A stretch of 62,735 nucleotides of DNA, the filler included. It is 5 parts of 5 records of this genome, joined end to end, with 100 filler letters (N's around TTAATTAATTAA, not from the genome) between each part and the next. Parts side by side here need not be neighbours in the genome. Positions count along the whole stretch, not along the records: positions 1 to 12,137 come from SRR20825006_793; positions 12,238 to 17,572 come from SRR20825006_800; positions 17,673 to 39,893 come from SRR20825006_802; 2 more parts are not named here. One strand, given 5' to 3'. The notes under the pieces are model-generated. The model saw nothing but the letters and a program-made list of their open reading frames with translations. It was not told where the DNA came from and made no database searches. This document shows, in pieces, positions 11,025 to 19,862 of this stretch. Numbering within the stretch: the stretch's first letter is position 1; each line of letters starts with the position of its first letter. The translations under genes and the position numbers were made by a program.

Positions 11025-11690
11025 ATGCTGCTGCGACTAGCAATTTTTCTGCCCGTCACCCTTGCCCTGGCGACCCCTGCCGTCGCCCAGATCTCCCTCA
11101 AGTCCATCGGCGACACCTGCCTCGAAACCGAACTCGAAGACTGCAAGGTGCTGACGGCGGGCTATTTCAACCGCGCCGATTACGGAGACGGCGAGGGATC
11201 ACCCCTGATTGCCTGGCAGACCCAGGCCGGTACCGCCGATTATGGCATCATCGGCGGCTTCGTGCTGTTCCGGCACAATGGCGAAGGCTGGGAGGTGCTC
11301 GACAAGGGCTTTGACGGCTATTTCCAGATGCCCAGCCTCAATGACGAGAATGTGCTGCACCAGCCCGGCTACAGTCAGGGCACCGGCGTCTTCAACACCG
11401 ACCGCCTGTTCCGGCTGGAAGAAGACGGCACCACCTGGACACCCATCGACATGGACAATTGGCTTGTTGGTGTCAAACTCCCCGAGAACCTCGAAATCTG
11501 GAAGGGCGTCGCCTTCGATTTCTCCAACCCCTGGTCGGGTTATGTCGCCCGCAGCGGGCTGTGGCGCCCCGACGACGGCAATTGCTGCCCCAGCGGCGGC
11601 AGCGCAGTGATCAGCCTGGAGATCGAAGGCAATACGCTGGTGGGCAAGGAAGTTGAATACATCCCGCCCACAGAGGAAGAAGAAGACTAA
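11025..11690 (+). CDS. secreted acidic hypothetical protein with a C-terminal NCCPSGG motif
   Basis: GGAGG RBS, signal peptide ending AVA-Q, four Cys, normal codon use. Confidence 0.7.
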   Translation: MLLRLAIFLPVTLALATPAVAQISLKSIGDTCLETELEDCKVLTAGYFNRADYGDGEGSPLIAWQTQAGTADYGIIGGFVLFRHNGEGWEVLDKGFDGYFQMPSLNDENVLHQPGYSQGTGVFNTDRLFRLEEDGTTWTPIDMDNWLVGVKLPENLEIWKGVAFDFSNPWSGYVARSGLWRPDDGNCCPSGGSAVISLEIEGNTLVGKEVEYIPPTEEEED

Positions 11691-12137
11691 AGCCCCAGGA
11701 AGCGGACCGTATCCGGATCGACGGGAATGCCTTGGGCGCGCCGCCGGTCCAGCTCCTCCCATTCCCGATCGCCCGGCGCCATCACGCGCCCGCCCTCGCG
11801 CACCGGGGAACCCCGCAACGCCGCCAGATAGGTGGTGATTGCGGCTCCGAAGGCGGCGCGGCCGGCGAATTTGTCCGGATCGATCACCAGCACGAAATGG
11901 CCCATGTTCCGTGGCGTCGAAATATCATCGCCGCCATACATGGGGATGAAATCAGGGTCGAGCGTGGTGCCTGTGAGCAGCGCCGAAAACAGCGTCGCCA
12001 CCCCGGCCAGCGCTGCGCCCTTATAGCCGTAATCCGTGCCACCCAGCGGCAGCAGCATATCGGCTGCATGCGGGTCGGTGGTCATCTCGCCGTCTGGCGT
12101 CGCGGCCACACCGGCCGGTAGCTCCTTGTCGAGCGAA
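11687..12137 (-). CDS. Ldh_2 (malate/L-lactate/ureidoglycolate dehydrogenase) family, C-terminal fragment
   Basis: LLPLGG..YGYKGAALA, GHFVLVIDP and VMAPGDRE motifs; cut by contig end. Confidence 0.85.
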
Positions 12138-12237
12138 NNNNNNNNNNNNNNNNNNNNNNNNNNNNNNNNNNNNNNNNNNNNTTAATTAATTAANNNNNNN
12201 NNNNNNNNNNNNNNNNNNNNNNNNNNNNNNNNNNNNN
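12138..12237. other. artificial contig linker
   Basis: 44 N + TTAATTAATTAA (stop codons in all six frames) + 44 N. Confidence 0.98.
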
Positions 12238-12247
12238 CCGCGATCAG

Positions 12248-13330
12248 ATGAAATACTGGGGCTTTGCCGCAGTGGTCTTCTTCGTCCTGCTCTGGGCGCT
12301 TGGCAACGTGCTGGTGCCCTTCCTGCTCGGTGGGGCGATTGCCTATTTTCTGGATCCGGTGGCGGACAAGCTGGAACGCATGGGCGCCAGCCGGGTGCTG
12401 GCCACGGCGATCATCACGCTGGTGGCGCTGTTGCTGTTCGTGCTCATGGCGCTTCTGGTGGTGCCCACGCTGATCAACCAGTCGGTGCAGCTGTTCAACA
12501 CGGCCCCCGATCTGGCCAAGAATTTCGGCACCTTCCTGACCGAGCGGTTCCCGTCATTGCTGGATGCCAACAGCACCCTGCGCCAGTCGCTGGACAGCCT
12601 GGCGGCCACCGTACAGGAGCGCGGCGGTGAACTGGTCACCACCGCGCTGAGCAGTGCCGCGTCGCTGATCAACATCGCGGTTCTGTTCGTGATCGTGCCG
12701 GTGGTGTCGGTCTATCTGCTGCTGGACTGGGACAACATGGTGGCGCGCATCGACGAGCTGCTGCCCCGCGACCATGCGCCGACCATTCGCAAGCTGGCCG
12801 GACAGATCGACAAGACGCTGGCGTCCTTCATTCGCGGTATGGGCACGGTCTGTCTGATCCTCGGGACATACTACGCGATTGCGCTGATGCTGGTGGGGCT
12901 GCAATTCGGGCTGGTCGTGGGATTTGTGGCCGGACTGATTACGTTCATTCCCTATCTGGGCGCGCTGATCGGCGGGTCGCTGGCGATCGGGCTGGGGCTG
13001 TTCCAGTTCTGGGGTGACTGGGTGTCGCTGGGGCTGGTCGCGGGCATCTTTATCATCGGACAGGTGATCGAGGGCAATTTCCTGACGCCCAAGCTGGTCG
13101 GCAACTCGGTGGGATTGCACCCCGTCTGGCTGATCCTTGCCCTGTCCGTCTTTGGCACGCTCTTTGGCTTTGTGGGGATGCTGGTGGCCGTGCCGGTGGC
13201 GGCTGCTCTGGGTGTGGTGACACGTTTCGCCGTCCAGCAATACCAGCAAAGCCTGCTCTACCGCGGCCTGTCGGACCACCACCTTACGGACGAGGGCCAT
13301 GTCGTTCCCGACCGGACCGACGCGGACTGA
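12248..13330 (+). CDS. AI-2E family transporter (start probably cut by contig edge)
   Basis: AIAYFLDPVAD, FIPYLG, IEGNFLTPKLVG, LHPVW motifs; multiple TM segments. Confidence 0.88.
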   Translation: MKYWGFAAVVFFVLLWALGNVLVPFLLGGAIAYFLDPVADKLERMGASRVLATAIITLVALLLFVLMALLVVPTLINQSVQLFNTAPDLAKNFGTFLTERFPSLLDANSTLRQSLDSLAATVQERGGELVTTALSSAASLINIAVLFVIVPVVSVYLLLDWDNMVARIDELLPRDHAPTIRKLAGQIDKTLASFIRGMGTVCLILGTYYAIALMLVGLQFGLVVGFVAGLITFIPYLGALIGGSLAIGLGLFQFWGDWVSLGLVAGIFIIGQVIEGNFLTPKLVGNSVGLHPVWLILALSVFGTLFGFVGMLVAVPVAAALGVVTRFAVQQYQQSLLYRGLSDHHLTDEGHVVPDRTDAD

Positions 13331-13333
13331 ACC

Positions 13334-14008
13334 ATGTCTCAGCAACTTAGTTTTGACCTGCCGGTGCGCACCGCACTGGGACGCGACGATTTCATGGTTT
13401 CGCCCGGCAATGCGGTGGCGGTCAGCCTGATCGAGGCGTGGGACAATTGGCCCGGAGGCAAGCTGGTGCTGACCGGCCCGCCCGGTGCGGGCAAGACCCA
13501 CCTGACCCACGTGTGGGCGGGCATGGCGGGCGCGCGGATCGTGGCGGCCCGCGGCCTGGCGGACGCCGACATTCCCGATCTGGCAAACGGACCGATTGCG
13601 GTCGAGGATGTGCCACAGATCGCAGCGGATGCCGATGCGATGACCGCTATGTTTCACCTGCACAATCTGGCGCTGGCCAATGGTCACCCGCTGCTGATGA
13701 CCGGACGCGGTGCGCCGGTGCATTGGGGGCTTGGCCTGCCTGACCTGCAAAGCCGCGTGGGCGGCACCCCGGCGGCGATCCTCGAGTTGCCCGACGACAG
13801 GTTGCTTACAGCGGTGCTGGCCAAGCTGTTCGCCGACCGCCAGCTGAAACCCCGCGTCGATGTGATCCCCTATCTGGCGATGCACATGGAACGGTCGTTC
13901 GACGCCGCGCGGCGCATGGTGGCGGTACTGGATGCAGAATCGCTGAGCGCGCAAAAGCCTCTGACCCGTGCCATGGCAGCCAAAGTTTTGGGTCGCGAAG
14001 CCGAGTGA
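13334..14008 (+). CDS. Hda/DnaA-like AAA+ ATPase (HdaA)
   Basis: N-terminal clamp-binding QLSFDL motif, GPPGAGKT, LPDLQSR, MERSF; usual context between AI-2E and ppk. Confidence 0.85.
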   Translation: MSQQLSFDLPVRTALGRDDFMVSPGNAVAVSLIEAWDNWPGGKLVLTGPPGAGKTHLTHVWAGMAGARIVAARGLADADIPDLANGPIAVEDVPQIAADADAMTAMFHLHNLALANGHPLLMTGRGAPVHWGLGLPDLQSRVGGTPAAILELPDDRLLTAVLAKLFADRQLKPRVDVIPYLAMHMERSFDAARRMVAVLDAESLSAQKPLTRAMAAKVLGREAE

Positions 14009-14091
14009 TCCGGCAGATAAGCGCCGGACCGCCATCTTAAAATGGTTTCAAGGGCTTAAAGCTGGACATTTAAGGTACAAACGCGCCAAGC

Positions 14092-14109
14092 TTGTTATCA
14101 ATCCGTTAC
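14092..14109 (+). promoter_or_regulatory. putative Pho box upstream of ppk1
   Basis: TTGTTAT-CAAT-CCGTTAC: two 7-mers at 11-bp period resembling CTGTCAT-N4-CTGTCAT, 22 bp before the ppk1 ATG. Confidence 0.4.
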
Positions 14110-14131
14110 AATCCCGGTTTATCAGCGCGCC

Positions 14132-16300
14132 ATGTCACAGGCAGATTTCCTTACCCACCCGTTCCCCGAGCCTCAGGCCCTTGATGATCTCGATTTGTCG
14201 GGCCCCGGTCGTTTTGTAAACCGCGAGCTGAGCTGGCTTGCCTTCAACTGGCGGGTGCTGGAAGAGGCCGAGAACCGGCGTGTGCCGCTGCTGGAGCGGC
14301 TGCGTTTTCTGTCGATCAGCGCGGGCAATCTGGACGAGTTTTACACCGTGCGCGTTGCGGGCCTGCGCGAGCTTGCCATCGCGGGCAACACCATGCCCGC
14401 CGCCGACGGGCTGACCCCCGCCGAGCAACTGGTGCTGATCAATGAGAACGCCCGTGCGCTGATGCTGTCGCAGCAACGGGTGTTGTCGGACCTGCTGGCC
14501 GAGATGGAAGCCGAAGGCATCGACGTGCTGACCCGCGAGGAACTGACGCCCAGCGACAAGACGTTTCTGAGCGACTATTTCCTGAACCATGTCTTTGCGG
14601 TTCTGTCACCGCTGGCGATTGATCCCGCACACCCGTTCCCCTTCATCCCGAACACCGGCTACGCGCTGGCCTTGCAGCTGGAACGCAAGTCGGACAAGCG
14701 CCCGTTGCAGGCGCTGCTGCCGATCCCCGGCCAGATCGACCGTTTTGTCGCCCTGCCCGGTCAGGGCACGCGGTTCCTGCCGCTGGAGGAATTGCTGGTC
14801 GAACAGATCGGCACGCTGTTCCCCGGCTACAAACTGACGGCCCACTTCGAGTTTCAGGTGCTGCGTGACAGCGATCTCGAGGTCGAGGACGAAGCCGAGG
14901 ACCTGGTGCGCGAATTCGAGGTGGCGCTGAAACGCCGCCGCCGTGGCGAAGTGGTGCGGATGTTGCATTCGGCCGGCGCGCCCGAGCGGTTGAAATCGGT
15001 GATCATGCGCGAACTCAACGTCATGCATTCCGAAGTGATCGAGATCGACGGGATGATCGGCCTTGCCGATCTGGGCAAGCTGGTGCTGGACAGCCGTCCC
15101 GACCTTTTGTGGCCCACCTTTACCCCGCGCGTGCCCGAACGGGTCACCGACTTTGACGGAGACATGTTCGCGGCGATCCGTCAAAAGGACATGCTGCTGC
15201 ACCACCCTTATGAGACCTTCGAGATGGTGATCCGTTTCCTGCAACAGGCGGCGCGCGATCCCAATGTGGTGGCGATCAAACAGACGCTGTACCGGACCTC
15301 GAAACGCTCGCCCATTGTCGAAGCCCTGTGCGAGGCGGCCGAGGACGGCAAGTCGGTCACGGCGCTGGTCGAGCTGAAAGCCCGCTTTGACGAGGCGGCG
15401 AACATTCACCAGTCGCGCCGGCTGGAGCGCGCGGGTGCGCATGTGGTCTACGGGTTTCTCGACCTGAAAACCCATGCCAAGATCAGCACCGTGGTGCGCC
15501 GCGAGGGTGACGAGCTGGTGACCTATACCCACTACGGCACCGGCAACTATCACCCGATCACCGCCCGGATTTACACCGACCTGTCGCTGTTCACCTGTGA
15601 CCCCAAGCTGGGCCGCGATGCCACCAAGGTCTTTAACTTCCTGTCCGGCTATGCCGAGCCGGAAGAGCTGGACAACCTGGCAATCTCGCCCACCACGCTG
15701 AAGCCGCGCCTGCTGGAGATGATCGCCAACGAGGCCGAACATGCCGCCGCGGGACGGCCTGCGGAGATCTGGGCAAAGATGAACGCGCTGATCGACGCCG
15801 AGGTGATCGATGCGCTCTATGCGGCGTCGCAGGCCGGCGTGAAGATCAGCCTTGTGATCCGTGGCATCTGTGGCCTGCGTCCCGGCGTAAAAGGGCTGAG
15901 CGAGAACATCCGCGTCAAATCCATCATCGGACGGTTTCTGGAACATTCGCGGATCGTCTGCTTTGGCAATGGCAAGGGGCTGCCCCACAAGAAGGCGCGG
16001 GTGTTTATCTCATCTGCCGACTGGATGGGCCGCAACTTGAATCGCCGTGTTGAAACGTTGGTGGAAATCGAGAACCCGACGGTGAAATCTCAAATCACCA
16101 GCCAGGTCATGGCGGCAAACCTTGCGGATGTGGCGCAAAGCTGGGTGATGGCACCAGACGGTAAATTCGTGCGCCCCGAGGTGCCCGAAGGCGATTTCGC
16201 GTTCAACTGCCACAGGTTCTTCATGGAAAACCCGTCGCTGTCGGGTCGTGGATCAGCCGGCGCATCCGATGTGCCGCAGCTGACTCACGCCGAGGACTGA
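14132..16300 (+). CDS. ppk1: polyphosphate kinase 1
   Basis: [38 protein letters not shown] (phospho-His), [16 protein letters not shown]. Confidence 0.97.
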   Translation: MSQADFLTHPFPEPQALDDLDLSGPGRFVNRELSWLAFNWRVLEEAENRRVPLLERLRFLSISAGNLDEFYTVRVAGLRELAIAGNTMPAADGLTPAEQLVLINENARALMLSQQRVLSDLLAEMEAEGIDVLTREELTPSDKTFLSDYFLNHVFAVLSPLAIDPAHPFPFIPNTGYALALQLERKSDKRPLQALLPIPGQIDRFVALPGQGTRFLPLEELLVEQIGTLFPGYKLTAHFEFQVLRDSDLEVEDEAEDLVREFEVALKRRRRGEVVRMLHSAGAPERLKSVIMRELNVMHSEVIEIDGMIGLADLGKLVLDSRPDLLWPTFTPRVPERVTDFDGDMFAAIRQKDMLLHHPYETFEMVIRFLQQAARDPNVVAIKQTLYRTSKRSPIVEALCEAAEDGKSVTALVELKARFDEAANIHQSRRLERAGAHVVYGFLDLKTHAKISTVVRREGDELVTYTHYGTGNYHPITARIYTDLSLFTCDPKLGRDATKVFNFLSGYAEPEELDNLAISPTTLKPRLLEMIANEAEHAAAGRPAEIWAKMNALIDAEVIDALYAASQAGVKISLVIRGICGLRPGVKGLSENIRVKSIIGRFLEHSRIVCFGNGKGLPHKKARVFISSADWMGRNLNRRVETLVEIENPTVKSQITSQVMAANLADVAQSWVMAPDGKFVRPEVPEGDFAFNCHRFFMENPSLSGRGSAGASDVPQLTHAED

Positions 16301-16363
16301 TTGACCCCGCGCCCCCCGTGGGCCATGTTCGGCAACGACACTGCGGCGGCCACAGGGAACCGA

Positions 16364-17572
16364 ATGACCGATCAGACCGAACAGGCCAGCACTCCGGCAA
16401 CCGACCCTGTTGCACCGCATGACTGGGGCCCATTCGGGCGGCCTCTGTTCGAAGATCCCGGCGCGCGTGCGTTGGCCCGTGTGGGCGTGGTCGACATCGG
16501 GTCGAACTCGGTCCGCTTGGTTGTTTTTGACGGGGCGGCGCGCAGTCCGGCCTATTTCTACAACGAAAAGATCATGTGCGCGCTGGGTGCGGGTCTGAGC
16601 GAAAGCGGCACGCTGAACCCGGCGGGGCGCAAGCGGGCGCTGGCGGCGCTGATCCGGTTCAAGCATCTGGCCGACGGCATGAACCTGCCCGAACTGACGC
16701 TGGTGGCGACGGCAGCGGTGCGCGACGCGTCGGACGGGGCGGATTTCTGCGCTGATGTGCTGCGCGAAACGGGGCTGCGCATCTGGGTGATCGACGGGCG
16801 CGAAGAGGCGCGGCTGTCGGCGCAGGGTGTTTTGCTGGGCTGGCCCGGTGCCTACGGGCTGGTCTGTGACATTGGCGGCTCGTCAATGGAGCTGGCCGAG
16901 ATTTCCGGCGGTCGCGTCGGACGGCGCGAGACGTCGCAGCTGGGTCCGCTCAAGCTTGTGGATGTAAAGGGTGGCAAGAAGGGCCGCCGCGAGCATATCG
17001 CCGCCGTGATGGACCAGTTGCAAGACGCCATGGGCATACAACGCGACCGGCTGTTTCTGGTGGGTGGCTCGTGGCGGGCGATTGCACGCATCGACATGTA
17101 CCGCCGCAACTATCCGCTGCACGTGCTGCACGAATACCGCATGACGCCCAAGGGCGTAGCCAAGACCGTGGCCTTTATCGCCAAGAGCGACCCCGAGGAA
17201 TTGCGCAATGCCTGTGGCATCTCTGCGCAACGGATGGGGCTGGTGCCGCTGGCCGCCGAAGTGCTGTCGCGGCTGGTGCGCACGTTCAAGCCCAAGGACA
17301 TTGCCGTGTCGTCCTATGGCATCCGCGAGGGGTTGCTGTACGAACAGATGCCCCAGCGCCTGCGCGACCGCGATCCGCTGATCGAATCCTGCCGCTTTGC
17401 CGAGGCCAAGGACGCGCGCCTGCCCGGTTTTGGCCGCACGCTTTATGAATTCATCATGCCCCTGTTCAAATCCGCACCGGTACAGCGCAAGCGGCTGATC
17501 AAGGCGGCCTGCCTGCTGCACGACGTCAGCTGGCGCGCCCACCCCGATTACCGCGCCGAGGTCTGTTTCGAC
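16364..17572 (+). CDS. ppx: exopolyphosphatase Ppx/GppA, 3' end cut
   Basis: VDIGSNSVRL, ATAAVRDA, EEARLS, DIGGSSMEL, GIREG; HD domain begins (LLHD). Confidence 0.92.
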
Positions 17573-17672
17573 NNNNNNNNNNNNNNNNNNNNNNNNNNNN
17601 NNNNNNNNNNNNNNNNTTAATTAATTAANNNNNNNNNNNNNNNNNNNNNNNNNNNNNNNNNNNNNNNNNNNN
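17573..17672. other. artificial contig linker
   Basis: Same N44-TTAATTAATTAA-N44 structure. Confidence 0.98.
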
Positions 17673-17933
17673 GCGGCGATGCTCGGCGCCTCGCTCTCGA
17701 TGACGGCTTGTGACCTCGGCGAGCCCGAGCCAGAGCCCGACATGGGCGAGGCCGATATGCCGATGAATCAGGCGCTCTACGGGGTGCCTGCCGTCGACAT
17801 GGACGAGGAGCAACCCGACATGCCCGTGGATCAACCCGTCTACGGCGCGCCCGCCACAGACATGGACGATGAAGAAGCTGATCTGGAGCCTCCCGCGCCA
17901 GCTTACGGGCTGCCGCCCCAGGATATGGGCTGA
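17673..17933 (+). CDS. putative lipoprotein-type precursor/substrate peptide with three x-YG-x-P repeats (5' end cut)
   Basis: ..AAMLGASLSMTA-C lipobox-like signal, acidic Pro/Met-rich body, LYGVP / VYGAP / AYGLP; 33 bp upstream of the radical SAM gene. Confidence 0.8.
   Translation, partial: AAMLGASLSMTACDLGEPEPEPDMGEADMPMNQALYGVPAVDMDEEQPDMPVDQPVYGAPATDMDDEEADLEPPAPAYGLPPQDMG
17751..17930 (+). repeat. 63-nt (21-aa) degenerate tandem repeat, about 3 copies
   Basis: TAC-GG codons at 17778, 17841 and 17904; units ADMPMNQALYGVPAVDMDEEQ / PDMPVDQPVYGAPATDMDDEE / ADLEPPAPAYGLPPQDMG. Confidence 0.85.
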
Positions 17934-17966
17934 CACTTTCCCCACGCCGATCTCTCGAGCAGACCA

Positions 17967-19319
17967 TTGACGCAAGATAAGAGCACCAGAGCCGAAGCAG
18001 TCACCGAAGATCAGCGCCGCGTGGCGCGCTACCTGCGCCCCGGAGATCACGAATCACACACCCCGATCTATGTCGTCTGGGAGATCACGCTCGCCTGCGA
18101 TCTCGGCTGCAAGCACTGCGGCTCGCGCGCTGGCAAGGCGCGCCCCAACGAGCTGACGACCGAGCAATGCCTGGATGTCGTGCGCGAGATGGACGAGATC
18201 GGCGTGCGCGAGGTCACTCTGATCGGCGGCGAAGCCTACCTACGCGATGACTGGGATATCATCGCCAGCGAGATCACCAAACGCGGGATGAACTGCTCGA
18301 TGGCCACGGGCGCCAGGAACCTGACACAGGATCGCGTCGATCGCGCCGCGGCGGCAGGAATGCGCGCGATCTCGATCTCGGTCGATGGGCTCGAGCGCAC
18401 GCACGACGCGCAACGCGGGCCAAAGGGCGCCTTCGCCGCAGCGATGGCGGCCGCCGAGCGGGTCGCGAAATCACCCATCAGGTTGAGCTTCAACACTCAG
18501 ATCAACCGCCTCTCGATGCCGGAGCTGCCAGCGATCGCTGACTTGCTGATCGAAACAGGCGGCAAGGCGTGGCAGCTCCAGCTCACGGTGCCGATGGGGC
18601 GCGCAGCGGATCGCCCTGATCTGTTGCTCCAGCCCTACGATTTACTCGAGTTGTTCCCGCTGCTCGTCTGGATCAAGCAAACAAAGCTCGAACCGAACGG
18701 GGTCAAGATCTTCCCGGGGAACAACCTCGGCTACTTTAGCCCCTACGAACCGCTGCTTCGCCATCGCGGCGAGGGGGGCGGTCACTGGAGCTCTTGCTCG
18801 GCGGGCAAGTGGACGATGGGTCTCGAAGCCGATGGCAAGATCAAGGGCTGCCCCTCCCTCCCCTCCAAGAATTACACGGGAGGTTATCTCGGGAAGGACA
18901 GGATCGCGGATGTGTTCGCGAGCGCGCCCGAGGTCACGCACATTCGCGAGCGCACCAAGGAAGACATGTGGGGGTTCTGCAAGAGCTGCTACTACGCGGA
19001 CACGTGCAAGGGCGGTTGCTCCTGGATGGCGACCACGCTGTTCGATCGCACGGGGAACAATCCCTACTGCATCCACCGGGCGCTGCAATACGAGCAGCAA
19101 GGGTTGCGCGAGCGCGTGGTGCGCATTCAACCTGCCTCGGGCGATCCTTTCGATCAAGGTCTGTTCGAGATCCAGGTCGAGCCGATCCCGGAAGAGGTGC
19201 TTCAAGAAGAGGTGCCGAGCATCCTCGGGCTGGCGACAGGTGACGTGATGAACTTGACCTCGAAGCAGAGTTCTGTTTGGGATGAGGATATGATCCGGGC
19301 GCGCCTGATGCGCACCTGA
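17967..19319 (+). CDS. radical SAM/SPASM maturase, splicease (PlpX)-like
   Basis: VWEITLACDLGCKHCGSRAG (CX3CX2C), IGGEAY, SPASM CSAG..LEADGKIKGCPSL and CKSCYYADTCKGGC...NNPYC. Confidence 0.85.
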   Translation: MTQDKSTRAEAVTEDQRRVARYLRPGDHESHTPIYVVWEITLACDLGCKHCGSRAGKARPNELTTEQCLDVVREMDEIGVREVTLIGGEAYLRDDWDIIASEITKRGMNCSMATGARNLTQDRVDRAAAAGMRAISISVDGLERTHDAQRGPKGAFAAAMAAAERVAKSPIRLSFNTQINRLSMPELPAIADLLIETGGKAWQLQLTVPMGRAADRPDLLLQPYDLLELFPLLVWIKQTKLEPNGVKIFPGNNLGYFSPYEPLLRHRGEGGGHWSSCSAGKWTMGLEADGKIKGCPSLPSKNYTGGYLGKDRIADVFASAPEVTHIRERTKEDMWGFCKSCYYADTCKGGCSWMATTLFDRTGNNPYCIHRALQYEQQGLRERVVRIQPASGDPFDQGLFEIQVEPIPEEVLQEEVPSILGLATGDVMNLTSKQSSVWDEDMIRARLMRT

Positions 19320-19341
19320 ACGCCTCGTGAGGACGCCGAGT

Positions 19342-19818
19342 ATGCACACCCAGAACCGACAACAAGCATGGAGACATCGCGCCAGGAGCGCGATGATCGC
19401 GATGCTTTGCGCCATGACGCTCGGCTCGACGGCGTGCACCACGACCCTGCCGCTCTACTCGCGCCCCGAAGGAGCCGAGGTCGTGATGGACGAAAAGCGC
19501 GCGCTCGGTCAGACGCCGATCCTCGTCAAGGAGCAAGCCTGGGTCTGGACCTCGCACACCTTCACCTTCACCAAGGACGGCTATCGTCCCGAGACGATCA
19601 AGGTGCGCGCCAGACCGAGGATTCCCAACGTCGCGTTCTGTTTGCTTGGCTTCTGTATCTCATGGCTTGTCTGGCCTGTCGGCTTCGCCGGAGAGTACAA
19701 GCGCGAGATCGTGGTCAACCTCGAGCGCGAGTTCGACGCAGACGACTTCGAGACGATGGAGTTGTCAGACGAGCGCGCGCCGCTGCTCGAAGACGGGCCG
19801 ATCCTTTCCTTTGAATGA
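19342..19818 (+). CDS. PEGA-domain lipoprotein
   Basis: LGSTA-C lipobox; SRPEGAEVVMD..LGQTP..TKDGY PEGA pattern; hydrophobic segment near the C-terminus. Start uncertain (19327-19391). Confidence 0.65.
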   Translation: MHTQNRQQAWRHRARSAMIAMLCAMTLGSTACTTTLPLYSRPEGAEVVMDEKRALGQTPILVKEQAWVWTSHTFTFTKDGYRPETIKVRARPRIPNVAFCLLGFCISWLVWPVGFAGEYKREIVVNLEREFDADDFETMELSDERAPLLEDGPILSFE

Positions 19819-19862
19819 GCGCGACCTCCGCGCTCGCACACCGATAAATCACCGAGAATACC

